A stretch of 64,000 nucleotides of DNA, taken from the IMG/VR virus record IMGVR_UViG_3300032307_000369, positions 62,001-126,000 of that record. One strand, written 5' to 3'. The notes beneath the pieces are model-generated. The model made no database searches and was not told where the DNA came from. It was given only the letters and a program-made list of their open reading frames with translations. The first letter of the stretch is position 1. Every line of letters begins with the position of its first letter. The position numbers were made by a program, and so were the translations under genes. Below are positions 49,131 to 58,000 of the stretch, piece after piece.

Positions 49131-49970
49131 ATGAAAATATTTGAACTGTTAATTGAAAGTGGTAAACGACTTGCTAGTCAAGGAGTTGAAGTCTCTAGAG
49201 TAAACAAAGAAGACTTCAATGCCGCTAAAAATGTTTTAAATCCTATTCTAATCAAAGCAGGAATTAAAGCAGGATGGACTGCTGGCGGAGCTGGTAGTTT
49301 TGATCCAGAGCATGATTATGGTGGCGGTGGTAGAGAGGACAGTGGTGATATTGATATTATGATTGATCCAACTGACTTGGTAAAACAATTTCCTCCTAAT
49401 GTTGAAGCATATAACGCCGCAAGTAAAAAACCAATTGGTCCAAAAGCAATGGCATCAGCCATGGCGGATCCTGCTAAAAAAGCAAAAATTGAGATGAGTG
49501 CAAGTAAATGGGCACTTGCAACTTATATGTCAAAGAACGGATTTATAACTGACCCAGGAACGTTAACTGTTGAATACACTGCTGGTGGACAAAGTTTCTC
49601 AGTTGATTTAATTATACGTCCACGTAATGCATGGCCGTTGCACACACATGATTTTGTAACTGACCCAAAAATGCGTGGTGGCGATTTATGGACACAGATG
49701 TATCCAGTACTTGCTAAACTTGCAAGCCAAAAAACATTTGTTGATCCAAAAACAGGCGAAGAAAAAGGCAACCTACAATTCAGCCCAGACAGAGGATTGG
49801 TAGACAGAGATACTGATAAAGTCATTGCAATCAACAAAGATGACATTGCTAAAATATTGTTACACCCACAAGCAACAGCTAGAGATTTAGCAAGTATGAC
49901 AGGTATTAGAAATGCGTTGTCTAAACAGCCTGAAAAACTGTCAAAACTACCACAGCCACAAGAGCAATAA
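49131..49970 (+). CDS. Pol-beta-fold nucleotidyltransferase-like protein with tag (MKIFELLIE)
   Basis: AGS...SGDIDIMI...FSVDL. Confidence 0.65.
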   Translation: MKIFELLIESGKRLASQGVEVSRVNKEDFNAAKNVLNPILIKAGIKAGWTAGGAGSFDPEHDYGGGGREDSGDIDIMIDPTDLVKQFPPNVEAYNAASKKPIGPKAMASAMADPAKKAKIEMSASKWALATYMSKNGFITDPGTLTVEYTAGGQSFSVDLIIRPRNAWPLHTHDFVTDPKMRGGDLWTQMYPVLAKLASQKTFVDPKTGEEKGNLQFSPDRGLVDRDTDKVIAINKDDIAKILLHPQATARDLASMTGIRNALSKQPEKLSKLPQPQEQ

Positions 49971-49978
49971 ATACACTT

Positions 49979-52381
49979 ATGAATTTATTTGAACTGTTCT
50001 CACCCAATAAACAAATTATTATGGAAGGCATTGACCATCCAGAAGATCTCATTATCTCGCAAGGTAGTGCAGGTGCTGACAGGGTATTAAAAGATTTAGC
50101 AAGTTTAGAAAAAGATCCAAGTACAGTTACAGTTAAATGGGACGGCTTTCCAGCAGTAGTATTTGGTAGAGACAAAGGCGGAAACTTAGTGTTTATGGAT
50201 AAGCACATGTACGAAAAAGTATCTGCTGGCAAAATGGATTTTATGTCCATTAAAGATTATGATGAAAGTCGTGGAGCCAATCGTTCAAGTCTAATTGACC
50301 AAGAAAGTGTAATACGTCCGCTATTGAGCAAAATTGTTCCTAACGTTCGAGATCAATATTGGATGGGCGACTTAATGTGGACTGGCACCCCGCCAGTTAG
50401 TAATGGTGCATTTGTCTTTAAACCAAATACGGTTGAATATCAAGTTGACATAGATCAAAGTCCTGGAGTTGGCGATTCATTAAGCGACAAGATTGCTAGA
50501 AGCGGGGCAGGAATTGCAGTACATACTTTTATTCCAGGATTAGGACAACCTGATCAACCACTTGTTGGTCTTAAAGGATTACCAGAAGATGCTGGCATTA
50601 CTTTCCTAGTAGGAGAGATGAAGGACAAACCACGTGTTGCAATTAATTCAGAATTATTAAATCAAACGCAACAAATAATTAATGCAAATAGAAGTGCTGT
50701 GGATAAATTCTTTGTTGATCTAACTGCAATGAAAGGCAAGAGTGTTGTAACTGCCATGGGCCCTTTCATCACACGCATGTTAGAAGACAATGATATTAAA
50801 GGCAACATTGTTCCTAGATTCTTAGAATTTTTAGGAGAGCGTTTAACTGACAGTGCTAAACAAAAAATGTTAGGCACTAACAAAGATGGTTGGCTTTATC
50901 AAGAACAAGGCGGTGCTCCAGGACTACTTGGCATTTGGACCATGTGGGCCGCTATTACTGAATTAAAATTAAATATTAAACAACAAATTGATACGCAACA
51001 GCAAGGTAGTAAGATACGTGCTGTTACTGATGGAATTAACGCACATGAAGGTTATGTGTTTGGTGCTGGTAAAGACAAATTAAAACTAGTTGATAGATTA
51101 GGATTTAGCAGAGCAAACTTTGCTAAACATAAAGTTAGTGATGAAGAAGTGGCTGAAAAAAGTAAAATGCCGTTGGCAGTTTTTTGCTTTGGACGTATGA
51201 ATCCGCCAACAATGGGACACGGTCTTGTTTTAAATAAAACAATTGAACTTGGCAAACAAAATGCATTTATATTTTTAAGTAATAGTGTTGACCCTACAGA
51301 AAATCCTTTACAGCCATCAATAAAAGCAAAATTTGTTGAACAAATTTATCCTAATACCAAAGGACACATTGTTACAGAATTTGTCCAAAATCCAATATAC
51401 GCTGCCAACTGGTTATATGCTAAAGGCTATCGAAATATGGCATTTGTTGCTGGCAGTGATAGATTGGGTAAAGAAAAGGGCAGTATTGAAAAAATACTTA
51501 ACAGTTGGAATAGCGGTCCAGTTAGAAGTACCGATCCTGCTGGCGCTAGAGATTTCGTACAAATACAATACATAAGTGCAGGTGATAGGGATCCTGATAG
51601 TGAAGGAGTTTCAGGCTTCAGTGGATCTAAAGCACGTCAAGCAGTGACCGCAAATAACGAACAACAGTTTCAACAATATACTGGAATTGGTAATGATATC
51701 GTTGTTAATGGTAAAACACTATATCAGTCAGTTAGAGAAGGTATGGGTATAAAAGATCAAAAACCAACTGCTCCAGCCGTGCCTGCTAAACAACCTACTA
51801 TCAATGTACCAAATCAAAATGTCACTACTAAACAACCTGTTGAAAAGAAAGTTCCTGGACAAGCCCCAATGCAAAAAACAAATCAAGCAGACTTGGTTGA
51901 GAGTGTGCTAAGAGACAAAGAAGATTATTATGCCAAACGTAAGGCATTACAAGATATTCAATTGGATCCAAATACTGCTAAAGATGAAGAATTAAGAAAA
52001 GAACTTATTAGACGTAAACACGCTTTAGAACGTGAAGCCAAAAAGAAAGGTGTTATTGCTGAATCAATTATTAGATCAATTATTGATGAAGCACCAATCG
52101 AGATGGATCCACAAAATCCAAATGACCCAATGGTTATGCCACCTGGTCTTAATCCAGGAAAACTTAGCTATCGTAAACAACGTGCGGCTGCACAATTGGC
52201 AGATTTAGCTCGTATGGCTTCACAGGCAAATGAAAAGAATAGTGCTATAATGTGGGATAGCATTGTTAAACATTTTCCAGAGTTAGAAACAAACATTCGC
52301 AGTATACAACATGGCATGCAAGAATTAGAAAAAGTTAGACGTGCAGGCGGAAAACAAAGTAGAGGAATTGAAAAAATATGA
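49979..52381 (+). CDS. RNA-ligase-like domain + HIGH-type nucleotidyltransferase + small C-terminal modules, with tag (MNLFELF)
   Basis: KWDG, GDL, EGYV, KL(V)DR; FGRMNPPTMGH, AGSDR, SGSKAR. Confidence 0.7.
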   Translation: MNLFELFSPNKQIIMEGIDHPEDLIISQGSAGADRVLKDLASLEKDPSTVTVKWDGFPAVVFGRDKGGNLVFMDKHMYEKVSAGKMDFMSIKDYDESRGANRSSLIDQESVIRPLLSKIVPNVRDQYWMGDLMWTGTPPVSNGAFVFKPNTVEYQVDIDQSPGVGDSLSDKIARSGAGIAVHTFIPGLGQPDQPLVGLKGLPEDAGITFLVGEMKDKPRVAINSELLNQTQQIINANRSAVDKFFVDLTAMKGKSVVTAMGPFITRMLEDNDIKGNIVPRFLEFLGERLTDSAKQKMLGTNKDGWLYQEQGGAPGLLGIWTMWAAITELKLNIKQQIDTQQQGSKIRAVTDGINAHEGYVFGAGKDKLKLVDRLGFSRANFAKHKVSDEEVAEKSKMPLAVFCFGRMNPPTMGHGLVLNKTIELGKQNAFIFLSNSVDPTENPLQPSIKAKFVEQIYPNTKGHIVTEFVQNPIYAANWLYAKGYRNMAFVAGSDRLGKEKGSIEKILNSWNSGPVRSTDPAGARDFVQIQYISAGDRDPDSEGVSGFSGSKARQAVTANNEQQFQQYTGIGNDIVVNGKTLYQSVREGMGIKDQKPTAPAVPAKQPTINVPNQNVTTKQPVEKKVPGQAPMQKTNQADLVESVLRDKEDYYAKRKALQDIQLDPNTAKDEELRKELIRRKHALEREAKKKGVIAESIIRSIIDEAPIEMDPQNPNDPMVMPPGLNPGKLSYRKQRAAAQLADLARMASQANEKNSAIMWDSIVKHFPELETNIRSIQHGMQELEKVRRAGGKQSRGIEKI

Positions 52382-53205
52382 AAATTAAACAACTTTTAGA
52401 CGAAGCTAAAAAAGGTGTTAAAGCACCTAAGCATACAGTAAAGCCTAGAAACTTTGTTGCCAAAAATGCTATTGCTACTACTAGTGGAGCTGGCGCACAC
52501 AAAGATAAAAAGAAAGCTGAAAAGCAAGGCGATGTCAAACACAAGAAACAAGCTGTTCCCGTAGATGAACAGACTGTAGCAGAAGAGAAACAAAAAGGTG
52601 TTGATGGCAAAGCCTGCTGGAAAGGCTATAAGCGCATGGGCACTAAGAAGAAAGGTGGCAAGACTGTAGACAATTGTGTGCCAATGAATGAAAGTTTTGA
52701 TCCTGAATACGATGACGAAGCTGGAATGGCTGACAATAATCTTGAAACTCTAAAAAGAGCAGTAGAAGGCTTAGACGACATGATCAATGAAGGCGATAAC
52801 TTGCCTGAATGGTGTCAAGAAAAAATTGCAGTAGCAAAAAGCATGTTGATCTCAGTTTGGGACTACATGCAAAGTGAAGAAAACAGTATGTCTGAAAATC
52901 AAAGAAATCCTGATCTAATGAGTCAAAGTGATTATGACCGATATCAACAAGGTCAAATGGACCAACAAAAACGTGACTTTAAACGTGACGAAATGGAACA
53001 TGAACTTGGTCACGAAGAAAGAGGAATGTATTATGTTGTGATTGCTAAAAATGGCAAATGGGAACATACTAAAGCACAGCCAAGGCAAGAAGGTATGAAT
53101 GCCGCACAACGAATTATCAGTGCGTTACATGCAAAGTATCCAAGTATGCACTTGGGCATGGTAGGTCCTGATGGCAAAGTATATAATTATGGCAAGGGCA
53201 AATAA
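52378..53205 (+). CDS. modular/polyprotein-like protein with tag (MKIKQLLDE)
   Basis: unrelated short modules separated by hydrophobic-x-E sites. Confidence 0.65.
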   Translation: MKIKQLLDEAKKGVKAPKHTVKPRNFVAKNAIATTSGAGAHKDKKKAEKQGDVKHKKQAVPVDEQTVAEEKQKGVDGKACWKGYKRMGTKKKGGKTVDNCVPMNESFDPEYDDEAGMADNNLETLKRAVEGLDDMINEGDNLPEWCQEKIAVAKSMLISVWDYMQSEENSMSENQRNPDLMSQSDYDRYQQGQMDQQKRDFKRDEMEHELGHEERGMYYVVIAKNGKWEHTKAQPRQEGMNAAQRIISALHAKYPSMHLGMVGPDGKVYNYGKGK

Positions 53206-53206
53206 A

Positions 53207-53641
53207 ATGGATAAGTTACAGTTAGCATTAAAAACAGCATTTGCAAGTGAATACTCGTTTGCATTAAAAGCACAAAATTTTCACTGGAATGTGGAAGGCA
53301 TGTTCTTTACTCAATTTCATGATTTGTTTGGCGACATTTACAATGAAGTATATGGGAATATTGATGCGTTTGCAGAGAATATTAGAAAAGCAAAAGCATA
53401 TACCCCTGCAAGTTTAACACGTTTCAGTATGTTGAGTGTAATTCAAGATGAGACTGAAATGTTAGAGGCACCAGAAATGTGTGCAGAACTTTTATCTGAT
53501 TCTGATAAGATGGCAGAAATTCATAGATTAACTTTTCAATTATCTGAAGAAGCAGGTGAACATGGTCTTAGTGACTTTTTAGCAGGAAGACAAGATGCCT
53601 TCCGTAAACACTCTTGGATGTTAAGAGCCACATTGAAATGA
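53207..53641 (+). CDS. dps: Dps-family ferritin-like protein
   Basis: NFHWNVEG..F...H..F...Y, D..AE.IR, K..WML. Confidence 0.92.
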   Translation: MDKLQLALKTAFASEYSFALKAQNFHWNVEGMFFTQFHDLFGDIYNEVYGNIDAFAENIRKAKAYTPASLTRFSMLSVIQDETEMLEAPEMCAELLSDSDKMAEIHRLTFQLSEEAGEHGLSDFLAGRQDAFRKHSWMLRATLK

Positions 53642-54309
53642 AAATCAAAGAGCTATTAGAACAGAAACAAACTTCCAATGAGGATATTGGTAAAATAGCC
53701 AGTACCGTTGCGGATAAAGTGAGTGATGTTGCTAAGCCAGTTATAGATAAAGTAAGTGACTTTACTAAACCAGTTATAGATAAAGTAAGTGACTTTGCTA
53801 AACCAGTAGTGGACAAAGTAAAAGACGTTGCACGTCCTTATGTAGACAAACTTTCAACTAGTGTTAAAGACGTGCTGCCTAAAGATGTTGGAGATAAGGT
53901 TGTACATTATGCAGGTGATGGACATGACCATCCACCAAATATGCAATTTGCCAGCGACAAGTATAGAGAAAGAATGTCAAATTTAGATCCATCTTTTAAA
54001 GACGCACTCTATAGAGCGGCAAAAGATTCTGGTCTACCAATGCAGGTTACCAGTTCTCATAGATCTCAAGCAGAACAAGACGACTTATATAGACGATGGT
54101 TAAAAGGCGAACCTGGTATTTTTAAACCAAGTAAAAATGTTGGAAGCCATGGCGGGTTTGCTGTGGATATGAATGCAAAAGATGTTGCTAATTTACACGC
54201 ATGGTTAAAAAAGAACGACCCAGATGGTACCAAGTATGGACTACAAACTGGAATTGAATTTGGTGACCCTGTACATGTCCAATTACGAAATTTTAATAAA
54301 CGAGTATGA
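53638..54309 (+). CDS. M15-like Zn peptidase with tag (MKIKELLE) and 11-aa repeats
   Basis: TS..RS..EQ..LY, SH...AVD, DPVHVQ. Confidence 0.75.
   Translation: MKIKELLEQKQTSNEDIGKIASTVADKVSDVAKPVIDKVSDFTKPVIDKVSDFAKPVVDKVKDVARPYVDKLSTSVKDVLPKDVGDKVVHYAGDGHDHPPNMQFASDKYRERMSNLDPSFKDALYRAAKDSGLPMQVTSSHRSQAEQDDLYRRWLKGEPGIFKPSKNVGSHGGFAVDMNAKDVANLHAWLKKNDPDGTKYGLQTGIEFGDPVHVQLRNFNKRV
53713..53850 (+). repeat. 33-bp coding tandem repeat (about 4 copies)
   Basis: DKVSDVAKPVI / DKVSDFTKPVI / DKVSDFAKPVV / DKVKDVARPYV. Confidence 0.85.
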
Positions 54310-54599
54310 AACAGTATAAGATTACTACTGATAATATTGTCAATGACAGTCCAGACGATTGTTATATAGACCCTGCAGATCCTTTAAACGAAATAAAGGC
54401 TCTGCAATATCTTGGTGGTATCAATTCTCTAAATAGATTGCAAGAATATAAAGGCATGCAAGGTAGTAATATTAGCGCAACTGGTTCAGAAAAAGGAAGA
54501 TTACAAAGAGAACATAATATTAAACCTGGTACTCCTGAATGGTTTAAACTATGGTTTAGCTTACCTTATATGACTGGTGAGAGGCCTATTAAAAAATGA
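54306..54599 (+). CDS. hypothetical phage protein
   Basis: IKPGTPEWFKLWFS. Confidence 0.65.
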   Translation: MKQYKITTDNIVNDSPDDCYIDPADPLNEIKALQYLGGINSLNRLQEYKGMQGSNISATGSEKGRLQREHNIKPGTPEWFKLWFSLPYMTGERPIKK

Positions 54600-55729
54600 A
54601 AATAAGAGATTTATTAGAGTTATCAAAAACTAGTCCACTAGGCAGAGCACTTGACCAATTTAGTGGTTCAATTGACACTGAAAAAATTGGCAATCAAATA
54701 TCCAATGTGTTCAAACCAGACACAGTTGCTGATACTAATCGTTCAACCAATATCACTTCTGCTCCTGGTACGTCATCATCTAGTAAACCTGTTGCATCTG
54801 CGCCTAAGACAGACAACGTATTATCTGATGTAGAAAGTGAACTTGATAGACAAGGAATCACAGATCCATTTGTTAGAAAATCTATTCTAGCTAAAACTGG
54901 GCAAGAGTCAGGATCTAAATATAGAGTTACTGAAATTCCTTTCAAAAATACAAGTAATGATACTATTAGATTGCGATTACCACAACTACAAGGTATGAGT
55001 GATGAAGAACTCAATGCCTTAAAACAAGACAAAGTGGCGTTTTTTAACAGGGCATATGGATATAAAGGCAACACGTTAAACAATAACGAACCAGGTGATG
55101 GTTGGAAATATCGAGGTCGTGGTCTAACTGGTATCACTGGAAAAGTAAATTATCAAAGAGTTGACGATGCACTAGGGCTTAAGGGCGAGTTGGTTAAAAA
55201 TCCAGATCTATTGCTAGATCCTGAAATTGATAAAAAAGCATCTGTTTGGTACTACAAGGCAGCTGGTGCAAACAATGTAAAATTTGACAATCAAGAAGAT
55301 GCAAATAAATGGGCCATACACAAGGCTGGCGGGAACATGTATGCTCCTGGTACTAAATTAGGAAATATAGCACTAGATGACATGAACAAAAGGACTGCTG
55401 TAATTGCTACTACGGGAGCCGCAGTTTTAGCTGGTCCTACTTTATTAAATAAAGCAAAAGATATAATTGGAAACTTAAAAGGTACTGCTGGCAATGTAGT
55501 TAACACTGCAAAAAATGTTGGTGTAAGAACTGCTGCCACTGCCGCACTAGCAGGTAGTTTAGGTGGAGGTGGTGGGAGTGGTGGAGGATACTATACCAGT
55601 AGAACTTCTGAAGAACCAGAAATTGTCGTTATAATTAACGGCAAACGTAAAAAATTTAAAACTAAAGCAGAAGCATTGCAGGCAATTAAGTTAGCTAAAC
55701 AACAAGGATTGGAAGTGTCAAATGGGTAA
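54596..55729 (+). CDS. second GH19-like glycosidase with tag (MKIRDLLE)
   Basis: QESG, GDGWKYRGRG...ITGK.NY, NPDLL. Confidence 0.75.
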   Translation: MKIRDLLELSKTSPLGRALDQFSGSIDTEKIGNQISNVFKPDTVADTNRSTNITSAPGTSSSSKPVASAPKTDNVLSDVESELDRQGITDPFVRKSILAKTGQESGSKYRVTEIPFKNTSNDTIRLRLPQLQGMSDEELNALKQDKVAFFNRAYGYKGNTLNNNEPGDGWKYRGRGLTGITGKVNYQRVDDALGLKGELVKNPDLLLDPEIDKKASVWYYKAAGANNVKFDNQEDANKWAIHKAGGNMYAPGTKLGNIALDDMNKRTAVIATTGAAVLAGPTLLNKAKDIIGNLKGTAGNVVNTAKNVGVRTAATAALAGSLGGGGGSGGGYYTSRTSEEPEIVVIINGKRKKFKTKAEALQAIKLAKQQGLEVSNG

Positions 55730-56330
55730 GCCAGAAGTTTATTTAGATATGGACGGAGTTATTGCAGACTTTTTTACAGAGTATGCTAAACTTGCGGGTA
55801 TTGAATCAGGAAACTATAGAGATATTCCCCCGGCTAAAACAGATCCTACATTAAACAAAATGATAGGTACTAACTTTTTTGCACGATTACCAAAATGCAG
55901 AAATGCAGATGCACTAGTAGACTTAATAGTAAAAACGTTTGGTAGTTTTAATATCTGTTCAAGTCCTTTGCGTGGTGATCATGATAACAGTGAAAAACAG
56001 AAAAAGATTTGGCTTAACAATAATCTAAAATATCAACCTAAAGATGTTGTAATTACGCCAAACAAAGCCAAATGGGCCAAGCAAAAAGATGGTACTCCAA
56101 ACATCCTAATTGATGACCGAGGGAGTAATATTAGTTCTTGGGAAGCCGCTGGAGGTATTGGTATCAAATATCAAGCAGACGAAGATAGCCTACAGGTGAT
56201 AGTGCAAGGAATTAAAAGAGCGTTTTCTGTCATAAAAGGCGAACAAGAGCATAATCCGCAACAATTAAAAAGTTTAGATCGTAGCAGTGGTAACTTAATT
56301 GCTACCAGTGGTGATAAAGACTCCCATTAA
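55722..56330 (+). CDS. HAD-family 5'(3')-nucleotidase
   Basis: YLDMDGVIADF, CSSP, K..W, LIDD. Confidence 0.85.
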   Translation: MGKPEVYLDMDGVIADFFTEYAKLAGIESGNYRDIPPAKTDPTLNKMIGTNFFARLPKCRNADALVDLIVKTFGSFNICSSPLRGDHDNSEKQKKIWLNNNLKYQPKDVVITPNKAKWAKQKDGTPNILIDDRGSNISSWEAAGGIGIKYQADEDSLQVIVQGIKRAFSVIKGEQEHNPQQLKSLDRSSGNLIATSGDKDSH

Positions 56331-56339
56331 GGACATATT

Positions 56340-56576
56340 ATGAAAATTCAAGAAATTATTACAGAAACTGCTACAGCTGGTTCAACAAGTGCTAGTAATA
56401 TTGCTAGTACTGGGAATAGTCCTCATGTTGCTGTTGGAAGTCCAGCAGTAATCAAACGTTGGGGTGGAAGTCCAGGAAAAATGGGCAAGAGCCCTAGTCC
56501 AACTAAAACAGAGCCACAGGATGCTGAAGATAACCCAGTGACCAATCCTAAAGTTGGCAACAACTTAATTTCTTAA
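56340..56576 (+). CDS. small low-complexity protein with tag (MKIQEIITE)
   Basis: AAGGA SD; E-TATAGSTSASNIA. Confidence 0.65.
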   Translation: MKIQEIITETATAGSTSASNIASTGNSPHVAVGSPAVIKRWGGSPGKMGKSPSPTKTEPQDAEDNPVTNPKVGNNLIS

Positions 56577-56599
56577 TAAATATAGTATTGGAGAACAAA

Positions 56600-57901
56600 A
56601 TGCCTTTTAAATCAGCTAAACAGAAAAAAACAATAGATGCGGCAGCACATAACCCTGCTTTTGCAAAGAAAGTGGGGATCAAAGTTAGCGATGCAAAGAA
56701 GATGTCAGCACACGGCAAAGGCCAAACTAAGTTTGATGAAGCAAAACTAGATGAATTATCTCCAAAAACATTAACTTCTTATAAAGATAAGGCACGTAGC
56801 CAAGTGCGAGCAAGTGCTGGCGCTAATCCTAATAACTCACACGTAGCAACTGATCCTAAAATTGCAAATCGTGCTCGTGGCGCAGTCAAGGCAGATAATC
56901 GTTTAAATGGGTTTGGTCCTGCTAAGAAAGTTAAGGAAGCGACTGATACAGTAGAAAAAGATGAAAAGGGCAATGTCAAATCATGGAAGCATGAGGGCGA
57001 CTGGAAGAAAACAAATAATAAAGAAGGACGAGGAAAAGTGACTAATTTAAGCGACAAGGCTCGTAGACAAACAGCAAAAATGAGCAAAGCTGAAACTGAA
57101 ATGGCTGAAGCATTTGAACAAGCATTAGAAGGTTCTGGATCTCCAACAGTTACACATGGTCCAAACAAAGGCAAAAAATGGAGTCCAGAAACTCCAGGCC
57201 CAACAAACCCAAGTTACAAGGGAATAGACAAAGGTATTCCTAGTCCACCAGATGGTGCAACTGCTCCACCTCCAGGATATAAACCTCCAAAGTCAATGAA
57301 AAAGGCAGAAGTGACTCCATCAGTAAGTACAGACGATTCTGCAATGGCAGAAGAACGTTCTTCAAAGAAGGTGATGAAAAAATTACGTGCCAAACACATG
57401 ATGGAATCAATTCGAGTATTAGGACAATTGATTGCTGAAGCTAAAAAGAGTGCAAAAAAGAAAAATAGCAAAGTTGAAGAAGACCCAAATGAAGGTAACG
57501 CATTTGGTAAAGCAGTAGCTGATGCTAAAAAAGATGGCATCCAAAAAGGTGAAAAAGTTAAAGTAGGTGGTAAAGAATACCCAGTTAAAGAAGCTGCCAA
57601 CGATAAATGCAATCATACTCCAAAAGGTAAAAAGTGCCCAGTACACGGTTTAAAAGAATGTGGCTCAATGTATGAAGGCAATGATGGTAATTTAGCCAAC
57701 AATGCTAAACCTTACGACAAAGTGACAAAGGGCGATGTAGTTGCTGGTAGATTAGGCAAAGACGAAATGGGTGGAAAATCCAAAAAGAAGAAAGTTAAAG
57801 AAGGATGGACCCATGATACACTAGCCGCTCAATTGTTTGAGAGTGGAGACGAGTATATGGTCGCACTACGAAACAAATTGGATAAACAGCTAAAAGGTTA
57901 A
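56600..57901 (+). CDS. basic polyprotein-like protein
   Basis: TAAATA at 56577, GGAG SD; Lys-rich modules separated by hydrophobic-x-E. Confidence 0.65.
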   Translation: MPFKSAKQKKTIDAAAHNPAFAKKVGIKVSDAKKMSAHGKGQTKFDEAKLDELSPKTLTSYKDKARSQVRASAGANPNNSHVATDPKIANRARGAVKADNRLNGFGPAKKVKEATDTVEKDEKGNVKSWKHEGDWKKTNNKEGRGKVTNLSDKARRQTAKMSKAETEMAEAFEQALEGSGSPTVTHGPNKGKKWSPETPGPTNPSYKGIDKGIPSPPDGATAPPPGYKPPKSMKKAEVTPSVSTDDSAMAEERSSKKVMKKLRAKHMMESIRVLGQLIAEAKKSAKKKNSKVEEDPNEGNAFGKAVADAKKDGIQKGEKVKVGGKEYPVKEAANDKCNHTPKGKKCPVHGLKECGSMYEGNDGNLANNAKPYDKVTKGDVVAGRLGKDEMGGKSKKKKVKEGWTHDTLAAQLFESGDEYMVALRNKLDKQLKG

Positions 57902-57913
57902 TCCACTAAAACT

Positions 57914-57936
57914 AACAGGGCACAAGTTGCCCTGTT
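57914..57936 (+). terminator. hairpin / probable terminator
   Basis: aacagggca-caagt-tgccctgtt. Confidence 0.7.
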
Positions 57937-57950
57937 CTTACGACTAACAC

Positions 57951-57978
57951 TTGACTTCTTTATAAATGATAGTATAAT
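57951..57978 (+). promoter_or_regulatory. sigma70-type promoter
   Basis: TTGACT-N16-TATAAT. Confidence 0.7.
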
Positions 57979-58000
57979 TGTATATTATTTAGGAGATAAC

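Noticed and set aside
53713-53850. 33-bp repeats as a CRISPR array
   Set aside because: They are contiguous, in-frame coding repeats with no spacers, and there are no cas genes.
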